Shown here: positions 8,252 through 16,212 of the stretch, in pieces
Layout: the number at the start of each line of letters is the position of its first letter
How positions within the stretch are numbered: position 1 is the first letter of the stretch
Assembly (NCBI GenBank): GCA_022844165.1
Contig: JALHMH010000006.1
Coordinates: 32,001 to 96,000 of the forward strand
From: Lysobacterales bacterium
GTDB taxonomy: Bacteria > Pseudomonadota > Gammaproteobacteria > Xanthomonadales > SZUA-5
DNA length: 64,000 nt
Reading direction: 5' to 3'
Translations under genes and position numbers: made by a program
Notes under the pieces: generated by a model
Told to the model about the DNA's origin: nothing
The model's database searches: none
Seen by the model: only the letters and a program-made list of their open reading frames with translations

Positions 8252-11125
8252 AGAAGCGCGGGCGTGGGTCACAATGGCGTGGCCCTCCAAGCGCAATGCA
8301 TGCCGCGCAGCATTCGCGATCGAATCGGCATCGACTTCGAAAAAGCGCCGCAGCGCCGCGCGCGTGTCGCTGCGGCCGAAGCCGTCGGTGCCGAGCGTGA
8401 CGTAGCGGCGTGGCACGAAGGCGCGGATCAGCTCGGGCAGTGCGCGGATGTAATCGCTCGCCGCGATCACGGGTCCTGGCAGGTGCTGCAGTTGCTGCGT
8501 GACCCACGGTGTGCGCGGCTCGTCGTCGGGCGCGAGGCGCGCGAGGCGTTCGCATTCGATGCCATCGCGGTGCAGCTCGGTCCAACTGGTCACGCTGAAG
8601 ACGTAGACGTCGATGCCTTCGGCGCGCAGCGTATCGGCCGCGCGCAGGGCTTGCCCAAGAATCGGGCCGGAGGCGAGCAGGCTCACGGTGGGTGGCGGTG
8701 GCGGATCGTTCGCCGGTTTGGGGCCACGGCGTTTGAGTTTGGCGAGTGCACGCGTTTCGATTTCGCGGATGCGTTCGCGCGTGACGTCAAACTGCGCAGC
8801 GACCTCTTCCAACGTCGTGTCCCCCACGTTGCCGATGTCTATTCCAAGTTTCTCCTTGAGGACGCGTCGTTCGCGCTCGGATAAGTTGAAGCTCGGCGAC
8901 AGCCGGTACATACCGCGCAGAACACCATCTCGGACGGACGCGTCTGTTGTTGGCGAGAGCGCGGCAAGCCAAGCCGCGGGCAGCGACGGCTGCGCCGCAT
9001 TCTCGTTGCACACCGTCAAGTAATAGAACACATCGTTTTGCTCAACCAACATCTCCTCAATTCCGCGCTCCACGATCAGCGCCACCTCATACGCAAAAGC
9101 CGGATCGTAGGCGCGGCAATTGGGCACGCCAGCAAATCCCAGATGGCTCGATCCATCCTGATGCTGCAGTCCCTCGCCGCCCAACGTGGTACGTCCGCTG
9201 GTCGCGCCGAGCAAGAATCCCCGCGCGCGCTGATCGGCGGCGGCCCAGATCAAATCGCCGACGCGTTGCCAGCCGAACATCGAGTAGTAGATGTAGAACG
9301 GCAGCATCGGCAAATCGTGCGTCGAATAACTGGTCGCCGCTGCGATCCAGGAACTGATCGCGCCGGCCTCGGAGATGCCTTCTTCCAGGATCTGGCCGCT
9401 CTGCGTTTCGCGGTAATAGAGCATCGAGCCCATATCCTCGGGCTCGTACTTCTGGCCGTGCGGCGCGTAGATGCCGACCTGACGAAACAGACTGGCCATG
9501 CCGAAAGTGCGCGCCTCGTCGGCGACAATCGGCACCACGCGCGGGCCGATATGCTCGTCTTTCAGAAGGTTGCCGAGCATGCGTACGACCGCCATCGTCG
9601 TCGACATTTCCTTGCCGTTGGCTTCCAACGCAAATGTCGCAAAGCTCGCCGCGCTGGGCGCCGGCAATCTCTCGCTGCTGCGCTGGCGCCGCCGCGGCAG
9701 ATAGCCGCCGAGCGCCTCGCGGCGCGCGTGCAGATAGCGCAGCTCCGGGCTGTCCGGCGGCGGCGCGTAAAACTTGACCGCATCGACATCGCTATCGGAG
9801 AGCGGCAGCGCGAAACGGTCGCGAAATCCGCGCAGCTCCTCGCTATCGAGCTTTTTCTGCTGATGCGTGGTCATGCGACCTTGCCCGGCTTTGCCCATGC
9901 CGAAACCCTTCATCGTTTTTGCCAGCACCACGGTCGGCTGGCCGCGATGCGCAATTGCTGCCGCATAGGCCGCATGCAGCTTGCGCGCATCGTGCCCGCC
10001 GCGGCGCAGGCGATCGATATCGGCGTCCGACAAACCATCGATCAGTCGCGTCAACTCCGAGCTTTGGCCAAAGAAGCGCTCGCGGTTGTAGGCGCCATCG
10101 TTCGCCGAAAACGTCTGGAACTGGCCATCGACCGTTTGTGCGAACGCGCGCAGCAATTCGCCGCTGCTATCGCGCGCGAACAGCGCGTCCCAATCCGATC
10201 CCCACAACACTTTGATCACATGCCAGCCGGCGCCGGTGAACAGCGCCTCCAACTCGTCGATCACGCGCGAATTGCCGCGCACCGGACCATCGAGCCGCTG
10301 CAGATTGCAGTTGATCACGAAAGTCAGATTGTCGAGGCCTTCGCGCGCAGCGAGCGACAGAGCGCCGATCGACTCGGGTTCGTCCATCTCGCCATCGCCA
10401 AAAAAACCCCAGACGCGACGCCCTCCGCCGGCGTGCAATCCACGGTGCTCCAGATAACGCAGAAATCGCGCCTGATAAATCGCGTTGATCGGGCCCAGGC
10501 CCATGGAGCCGGTCGGGAACTGCCAGAAGTCCGGCATCAGCCATGGGTGCGGATAGGAGCACAGTCCGGGTTGATCAATCTCGCGTCGATAGTGATGCAA
10601 GCGCGATTCCGGCAAGTAGCCTTCCAAATAAGCCCGCGCATACACACCGGGCGCCGAATGCGGCTGCAGGAACACCAGATCGCTGCCGTCGGGATGTTCG
10701 GGGCCTTTGAAGAAGTGATGAAAGCCGACCTCGAACAAATCCGCCGCCGACGCGTAGGAGGCGATATGACCACCCAACTCGCCAGCTTCGGTATTGGCGC
10801 GCACCACCATGGCCAGCGCGTTCCAACGCATCGCCGCATTGAGCCGTGCTTCCAGATCCAGATCTCCCGGATACGGCGGTTCCGCGCTGCGAGGAATGGT
10901 GTTGCAATAAGGCGTGATACGCGCCCGCGCCGAGTTCACACCGCGCGTCAAAGCGTGATCGGCGAGCCGGTCGAACAAGTACTGCGCGCGTGCCTTGCCG
11001 CCGCGCGCGACGACGCTATCGAGCGCCTCTAACCACTCCTGCGTCTCCGCCGGATCGTCGTCCATCGCGCTCGATGCGATCGCCAGTGCGCGTATCGCTG
11101 CGGGTGGGAAATCGGCTGGTTGCAT
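8228..11125 (-). CDS. mdeB: Homodimeric 2-oxoacid (pyruvate/2-oxobutyrate) dehydrogenase E1, AceE/MdeB type, with an inserted sigma-70 region 4 domain
   Basis: ETQEWLEALD, GGHIASYAS, FPTGSMGLG, GDGEMDEPES, GEGLQHQDG and LGTDGFGRSDTR motifs; mdeB rather than aceE is a judgement from its stand-alone position and sequence style. Confidence 0.85.
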   Translation of the reverse strand: MQPADFPPAAIRALAIASSAMDDDPAETQEWLEALDSVVARGGKARAQYLFDRLADHALTRGVNSARARITPYCNTIPRSAEPPYPGDLDLEARLNAAMRWNALAMVVRANTEAGELGGHIASYASAADLFEVGFHHFFKGPEHPDGSDLVFLQPHSAPGVYARAYLEGYLPESRLHHYRREIDQPGLCSYPHPWLMPDFWQFPTGSMGLGPINAIYQARFLRYLEHRGLHAGGGRRVWGFFGDGEMDEPESIGALSLAAREGLDNLTFVINCNLQRLDGPVRGNSRVIDELEALFTGAGWHVIKVLWGSDWDALFARDSSGELLRAFAQTVDGQFQTFSANDGAYNRERFFGQSSELTRLIDGLSDADIDRLRRGGHDARKLHAAYAAAIAHRGQPTVVLAKTMKGFGMGKAGQGRMTTHQQKKLDSEELRGFRDRFALPLSDSDVDAVKFYAPPPDSPELRYLHARREALGGYLPRRRQRSSERLPAPSAASFATFALEANGKEMSTTMAVVRMLGNLLKDEHIGPRVVPIVADEARTFGMASLFRQVGIYAPHGQKYEPEDMGSMLYYRETQSGQILEEGISEAGAISSWIAAATSYSTHDLPMLPFYIYYSMFGWQRVGDLIWAAADQRARGFLLGATSGRTTLGGEGLQHQDGSSHLGFAGVPNCRAYDPAFAYEVALIVERGIEEMLVEQNDVFYYLTVCNENAAQPSLPAAWLAALSPTTDASVRDGVLRGMYRLSPSFNLSERERRVLKEKLGIDIGNVGDTTLEEVAAQFDVTRERIREIETRALAKLKRRGPKPANDPPPPPTVSLLASGPILGQALRAADTLRAEGIDVYVFSVTSWTELHRDGIECERLARLAPDDEPRTPWVTQQLQHLPGPVIAASDYIRALPELIRAFVPRRYVTLGTDGFGRSDTRAALRRFFEVDADSIANAARHALRLEGHAIVTHARASSPPPWRR

Positions 11126-11217
11126 GGCGATGCTCTGCGGTGAACTGGCGCGAAGCATAGTGTGGCGGAGACTCGATGCGACTGGCCGCTTGTGCGATGG
11201 GCGTGCGCACGTCAAAC

Positions 11218-11721
11218 TCAGCTTAACCAGCGACGAGCGTCCTTTAACAACAACAGCCACTGCTGTGGCCGCAGTGGCGAAACGACGAACCCAAAGCGCG
11301 AGTAGAACTTTTCCGCACCTTCATCGATAGGGTGCGTCAGAATCGCGCGGATACCTGCCTGTTCGGCAACTTTCATTGTGCGGCGGATTGCATCTTGCAG
11401 CAATCCGATTCCGATTCCACGCCCGTGCCGGTGCTGCGACACCGCCAATCGCGCCAGAATCACGACAGGAATCGGATATTGCCCCAGCCCTTTGCGGATG
11501 CGTTCGGGTACCTCCAGCACATCGACCTGGCCGACAGTCAAGCTGTAGTAGCCGACCACACGAGCATCGTCAGAAACGACGAAGGTCTTGGCCGACCCGC
11601 TGGCTTGCGCTTGTCTGGCGTGGCGCGTCAACCAATCGTTGAGCGAGTGTTTGCCGCAGTCAAATCCTTCGAGAGTGTGGCCCGCATTCAGCGGCTCGGG
11701 TTCGCGCAAAATCACGCCCAA
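11218..11721 (-). CDS. GNAT-family toxin (TacT/AtaT-like)
   Basis: FDCGKHSLNDWL, PIPVVILARLAV..HGRGIG..LL, FYSRFGF; overlaps the DUF1778 gene. Confidence 0.88.
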   Translation of the reverse strand: MGVILREPEPLNAGHTLEGFDCGKHSLNDWLTRHARQAQASGSAKTFVVSDDARVVGYYSLTVGQVDVLEVPERIRKGLGQYPIPVVILARLAVSQHRHGRGIGIGLLQDAIRRTMKVAEQAGIRAILTHPIDEGAEKFYSRFGFVVSPLRPQQWLLLLKDARRWLS

Positions 11722-11999
11722 GGCGCCTTGCGCGAAAACAAATCGCGCAAGCCCTCATTAACCTGTTCGGGTTGCTCCAGCAGCGTCAACAGCGCTTGGT
11801 ACTCGCTGCCAGTGACCATAAATATCCGCTGGTCCAGCAAAGTTTGCTCGGCCGCCAAACAAGCACTGTCGAGAATGAAGTCCGTTAGCGACTTGTGCGC
11901 CAACTCAGCTGCACGGCGCAGTACAAGCTCTTGTTGTTGAGTAGCGCGTAGCCCCAAACGAGCAGTTCGAGCCGAAGGTGAAGGAGCGACTACGTTCAT
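11712..11999 (-). CDS. DUF1778 RHH antitoxin
   Basis: RLGLRAT..Q..LRRAAEL..KSLTDFILDSA..AEQTLLDQ..F, ends APW. Confidence 0.88.
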   Translation of the reverse strand: MNVVAPSPSARTARLGLRATQQQELVLRRAAELAHKSLTDFILDSACLAAEQTLLDQRIFMVTGSEYQALLTLLEQPEQVNEGLRDLFSRKAPWA

Positions 12000-12126
12000 G
12001 ACTATTCTGATCGTTAATGCAGTCGCTATGTTAGTACAAATGACAAACATCATCCAGCGTGTACTTCAACGACGAACAACTGGGTATCGTCGCAATCACT
12101 AGAGCATCGCTCAAGGAGCAGATCGT

Positions 12127-13515
12127 ATGGCCACCATCCAATTCTTCGGCGCCGCTGGCGAAGTCACCGGCTCCAGCCATTTGCTGCGCGCAGCGGGCAA
12201 GAAGATCCTGCTCGACTGCGGGATGATTCAGGGCGGGCGCGAGGAGGACGAGCGCAACCGCGAGCGCTTCGGCTTCGCGCCGGACGATCTCGATGCGATG
12301 ATTCTCAGCCACGCGCATATCGATCACTGCGGGCGTTTGCCGCTGCTGGTCAAACGCGGTTTCACCGGACGCATCTTTACGCACCGCGCGACTGCAGACT
12401 TGTGCCAGATCATGCTCGAAGATGCGGCACGTCTGGCGGCGGCAGACGTCGAGTACGAAAACGAGCATCGAGCGCGGCGAGGCCTCGCTCCTATCGAACC
12501 GCTCTATGATTTGAGCGATGTGTCGGCGGTGCTTGCACAGTTGACGCCCGTCGATTACCGGCAGCGCTTCGAGGTGTTCCCCGGTATTGAGGCGCGCCTG
12601 TCGGATGCCGGGCACATCCTCGGCGCGGCGATTGTCGAGGTCTTTATTCGAGAGGGCGACTCCGAGCGGACGCTGGTATTCAGCGGCGACATCGGCCCAG
12701 ATCACACGCCGATCATTGCCGATCCGACGCCCATCGAACATGCCGACATGGTGCTCATGGAATCCACCTACGGCGACCGATTGCATCGCAATCGCGGCGA
12801 CACGGTGCGTGAGATCGGTGAGGTACTCGACGCCGCCGAACGCACCGGCGGTAACGTCATCATTCCGGCATTTGCTGTGGGCCGCAGCCAGGAGCTACTT
12901 TACTGGTTCACGAAAATGTATGAGGAGTGGAACCTCAAGCGCTGGCGCATTTATCTCGACAGCCCGATGGCGACAAAGGTCACCGGCGTTTACAAACGCC
13001 ACCGCTATCTGTTCGACGAGCAAGCACGCGAAATGCTCGGCAATCGCGACCCGTTCAATCTGCCGAACTTGCACTTCGTTGAATCTCTGGATGCTTCGCG
13101 CGCGATCAACAAACAAACGCACGGTGCAATCATCATCGCCGGCAGCGGCATGGCCAACGGCGGGCGCGTGCGCCATCACTTGAAACACAATTTATGGCGC
13201 AAAGGTGCGCACGTGATGATCGTCGGTTATCAGGCACACAACACGCTCGGCAGGCAACTTGTCGACGGTCGTAAGACCGTGCGGATATTCAACGAAGTGA
13301 TCAAGGTCAATGCCGAGATCCACACCGTCGGCGGCCTCTCGGCCCACGCCGATCAAGCCGGGCTGATGAAGTGGTACGGGCATTTCAAATCGCGCCCACC
13401 GGTGTATCTGGTGCACGGCGAAGATCCGGCGCGACAAGTACTGGCTGAAAAACTGCGCAGCACTTACGGCTGCGATGCCTGGGGTGCGGCACCGGGTTTA
13501 CAGCGCGAGATTTAG
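12127..13515 (+). CDS. MBL-fold beta-CASP ribonuclease (YSH1-like)
   Basis: GAAGEVTGS, SHAHIDHCG, AGHILG, MESTYG, PAFAVGRSQE, LSAHAD and LVHGE motifs. Confidence 0.92.
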   Translation: MATIQFFGAAGEVTGSSHLLRAAGKKILLDCGMIQGGREEDERNRERFGFAPDDLDAMILSHAHIDHCGRLPLLVKRGFTGRIFTHRATADLCQIMLEDAARLAAADVEYENEHRARRGLAPIEPLYDLSDVSAVLAQLTPVDYRQRFEVFPGIEARLSDAGHILGAAIVEVFIREGDSERTLVFSGDIGPDHTPIIADPTPIEHADMVLMESTYGDRLHRNRGDTVREIGEVLDAAERTGGNVIIPAFAVGRSQELLYWFTKMYEEWNLKRWRIYLDSPMATKVTGVYKRHRYLFDEQAREMLGNRDPFNLPNLHFVESLDASRAINKQTHGAIIIAGSGMANGGRVRHHLKHNLWRKGAHVMIVGYQAHNTLGRQLVDGRKTVRIFNEVIKVNAEIHTVGGLSAHADQAGLMKWYGHFKSRPPVYLVHGEDPARQVLAEKLRSTYGCDAWGAAPGLQREI

Positions 13516-13815
13516 CAGGTTTTGAGAAACAGCCTGCTGGTGCGAACCATGGAGGGTTCGCACATGGATCTTGAGTCCTTGACGGAGCCGGATCTGTACA
13601 TTTGAGTCAAATTTTCTGCGCAACGGCTTTGGCAGTTGAAGCCCCCTTGAGTACAAGGGGGGTGAGGATCGGCGCTTACACGCCGCAAGGCGTGTGCCGA
13701 GACGAACGACCGGCGGCTGTGCCGCCGGGCCGGAAATGCGGAGCGCGGGGCTGTGGCGAGCACGCTGTCGGACGAAGCCAGCAATGCTCGGCGGTCCGAG
13801 GCGAAGCCTCGCTAG
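13513..13815. mobile_element. MITE-like composite repeat, copy 1
   Basis: Shares long blocks with 18999-19440 (inverted), 27300-27483 and 61943-61990, e.g. GCCCCCTTGAGTACAAGGGG and CGAAGCCAGCAATGCTCGGCGGTCCGAGGCGAAGCCTCGCTAG; bounded by TAG. Confidence 0.75.
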
Positions 13816-13941
13816 CAAGTCAGTGCGTTGCTCAACATAGGGCTGGGGCCGACTGTGGTGATCCGGCCCCAATGTTCGCGCGTTGCGAAGTGCCGGTGCG
13901 GACTTTGTGCATTCGCCACCGCGTTCGAGGCAGGGTCGAGA

Positions 13942-14847
13942 TCACCGGTCGACCTCGGCCTGCGTAAATCGTTCAGCCAAGAAGTCCAGTAGCGCTCGTA
14001 CGGCAGGCAGCAAGTTTCGGGTGCTTGGCAGCACGGCGTGCACGAGGTGCGTTGGCAGTTTCCATTCGGGCAAAACGACAATCAGTTGGCCGTTTGCGAG
14101 CGCATCGCGAACCAGGACGCGCGGCAATTGCGCGACACCGACACCGGCGATCGCTGCGTCGAACAGCGTGCGCATATCATCGGTAATCAGTCGCGGCTGG
14201 TGGCGTATCGCGGCGTTTGCGCCGTTGGTATCGGCGAGCTCGAAACGATAGTCGTGTCGCAAGGGGCCGTTGTCGAGCGTCGGTGCGTGTCCCAGATCGG
14301 CCGGCACCGAAATGGCGTAACGCTCAAGCAAGGCCCCACTGGCGACCAGACACTGCTCGCGCCGGGCCAATACTCTGAGCACCAGATCGCTGTCTTTGAG
14401 CGGTGGCGTGCGCACGCGCAGGGCCACATCGAAGCCTTCGCCGATCACATCCACGGCACGATTGGTCGCCTGCAAGTGCACCGTCACGCGTGGGCACTGC
14501 GCGAGGAACTCGGACAGCATCGGCCCAACATCAGCATGCAGCAGCGCAATCGGGCAGCTCATGCGCACCAGGCCGCGCGGCTCGGCGCGCATCGCATCAA
14601 TGGATTCCTGAGCGGCTTCGGCTTCTACCAGCATCGCTTTGCAATGCGCATAGAAGCGCTGTCCAGCGTCTGTTGTGGAGAATCTACGCGTCGAACGTTG
14701 AACCAGCCGCAGCCCAAGTCGCTCCTCCAAAAATGCCAGGCGGCGGCTGAGCTTGGATTTCGGGATGCCCAACGCGCGGGACGCGGGGGCAAAGCCACCG
14801 TGGTCCACGGCCATTGCAAAGTAGTACAGATCGTTGAGATCGAGCAT
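13942..14847 (-). CDS. LysR-family transcriptional regulator
   Basis: MLDLNDLYYF..GGFAPASRALG..KSKLSRR..LEERLG.RL..RSTR HTH; divergent from pirin. Confidence 0.95.
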   Translation of the reverse strand: MLDLNDLYYFAMAVDHGGFAPASRALGIPKSKLSRRLAFLEERLGLRLVQRSTRRFSTTDAGQRFYAHCKAMLVEAEAAQESIDAMRAEPRGLVRMSCPIALLHADVGPMLSEFLAQCPRVTVHLQATNRAVDVIGEGFDVALRVRTPPLKDSDLVLRVLARREQCLVASGALLERYAISVPADLGHAPTLDNGPLRHDYRFELADTNGANAAIRHQPRLITDDMRTLFDAAIAGVGVAQLPRVLVRDALANGQLIVVLPEWKLPTHLVHAVLPSTRNLLPAVRALLDFLAERFTQAEVDR

Positions 14848-14972
14848 GTAGTCGTCCCATAGATGGAACAATGAGTGTACTTTTTGACGACTACTCGCAC
14901 CATTGGCCTGGCGATAGATTTCTCACGACGCGAAACGGCACCAATGGGTGCCCGCGCAACAGGAGTTCGATC

Positions 14973-15830
14973 ATGAAGAAAGTCGTCGCTGTCTACAGCG
15001 CGCCTCGTCCGCATTGGGTGGGCGATGGTTTCCAGGTGCGCTCGTTGATTTCGTACAACGCGCACGGTCAGCACGTCAGCCCGTTTCTGCTGCTCGATCA
15101 CGCCGCGCCCACGCAGTTCGCCCCGGCTGCTCGAAAGCGCGGCGTTGGCGTGCATCCGCACCGGGGTTTCGAGACGGTCACGATCGTCTATCAGGGTGAA
15201 GTCGACCATCGCGACTCCACCGGCGCTGGCGGACACATTGGGCCGGGCGATGTGCAGTGGATGACCGCGGGATCGGGCATCCTGCACGAGGAGTTTCACT
15301 CCGAGACGTTTACCCGACAAGGCGGCACCCTGGAGATGGTGCAGTTGTGGGTGAACCTTCCAGCAAAAGACAAAATGACGCAACCTGGCTATCAGACGCT
15401 GCGTGACGCGGCGATTCCCGACGTCGCGCTGGACGATGTCGGGCGAGTGCGCGTCATCGCCGGCCAATTCCAGAGTCACCAGGGACCGGCGCGTACATTC
15501 ACGCCGATCGACCTTTGGGATGTGCGGCTCAACGCGGGCAAGCGCAGCGAGTTTTGCCTGCCGAAAGGCCGCACGCTGGCGCTCGTTGCATTGTCTGGCA
15601 CGGTGCAAATGAACGATAGCGAGTTGCTGCGCGAAGGCCAGTTCGCGCAGTTCACCAAGAATGGCGAAACTTTCAGCGTTGAGGCAAACAACGACGCCAG
15701 GCTTTTGGTACTGAGTGGCGCGCCTATCGAAGAACCCATCGTCGGCTACGGGCCGTTCGTGATGAACACGCATGCAGAAATCGCACAGGCCATCGACGAT
15801 TTCAACGCAGGCAAATTCGGGCAGATGTAG
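14973..15830 (+). CDS. Pirin family protein
   Basis: PFLLLDH, HPHRGFETVT, QWMTAGSGILHEE, GPFVMN. Confidence 0.95.
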   Translation: MKKVVAVYSAPRPHWVGDGFQVRSLISYNAHGQHVSPFLLLDHAAPTQFAPAARKRGVGVHPHRGFETVTIVYQGEVDHRDSTGAGGHIGPGDVQWMTAGSGILHEEFHSETFTRQGGTLEMVQLWVNLPAKDKMTQPGYQTLRDAAIPDVALDDVGRVRVIAGQFQSHQGPARTFTPIDLWDVRLNAGKRSEFCLPKGRTLALVALSGTVQMNDSELLREGQFAQFTKNGETFSVEANNDARLLVLSGAPIEEPIVGYGPFVMNTHAEIAQAIDDFNAGKFGQM

Positions 15831-16041
15831 GCAGCCTACGGCGCCGCACTGGCGGCGCCCGCGGCGGTTGATACTCGCTGGAGCGGATACTCTCGCGAAC
15901 ATGCCTCCGTTGCGCGCTCGCCGTGCCCATCGTTCGTGTCCGCGACCTTGCGGACGCGAGGATTGCGCGACATCGCCGCGCTCGGCTGCGCTGTACCAAC
16001 AACGCTCTCTTTGAGGGGCAGTCGATGCTTTCAGTACCTTG

Positions 16042-16085
16042 CGCACACGTATGCAAACCGCTGTGCCGTCATGAATACGATTACA
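16042..16085. promoter_or_regulatory. Two putative LacI-family (MalR-like) operators
   Basis: CGCACACGTATGCA (16042-16055) and TGAATACGATTACA (16072-16085), imperfect palindromes with central CG, 30 bp apart, upstream of the TBDR. Confidence 0.55.
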
Positions 16086-16212
16086 GCTAGACCAACTACT
16101 CTAGCGTCGCAGCTACCATCCCGGCCTCGTTAGCACTTCGTTAACGCGGTTTCATTTTTGGCCTGAATGCTCGGTCGTGAGCGCATCGGCCAGCATCGAG
16201 AAGGGAGGAGTG

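Noticed and set aside
8725-8890. A separate sigma factor gene
   Set aside because: Only region 4 is present, and it is in frame within E1 with no start or stop of its own.
9038-11032. 664-aa plus-strand ORF
   Set aside because: Antisense shadow of the E1 gene, typical of high-GC DNA; no motifs.
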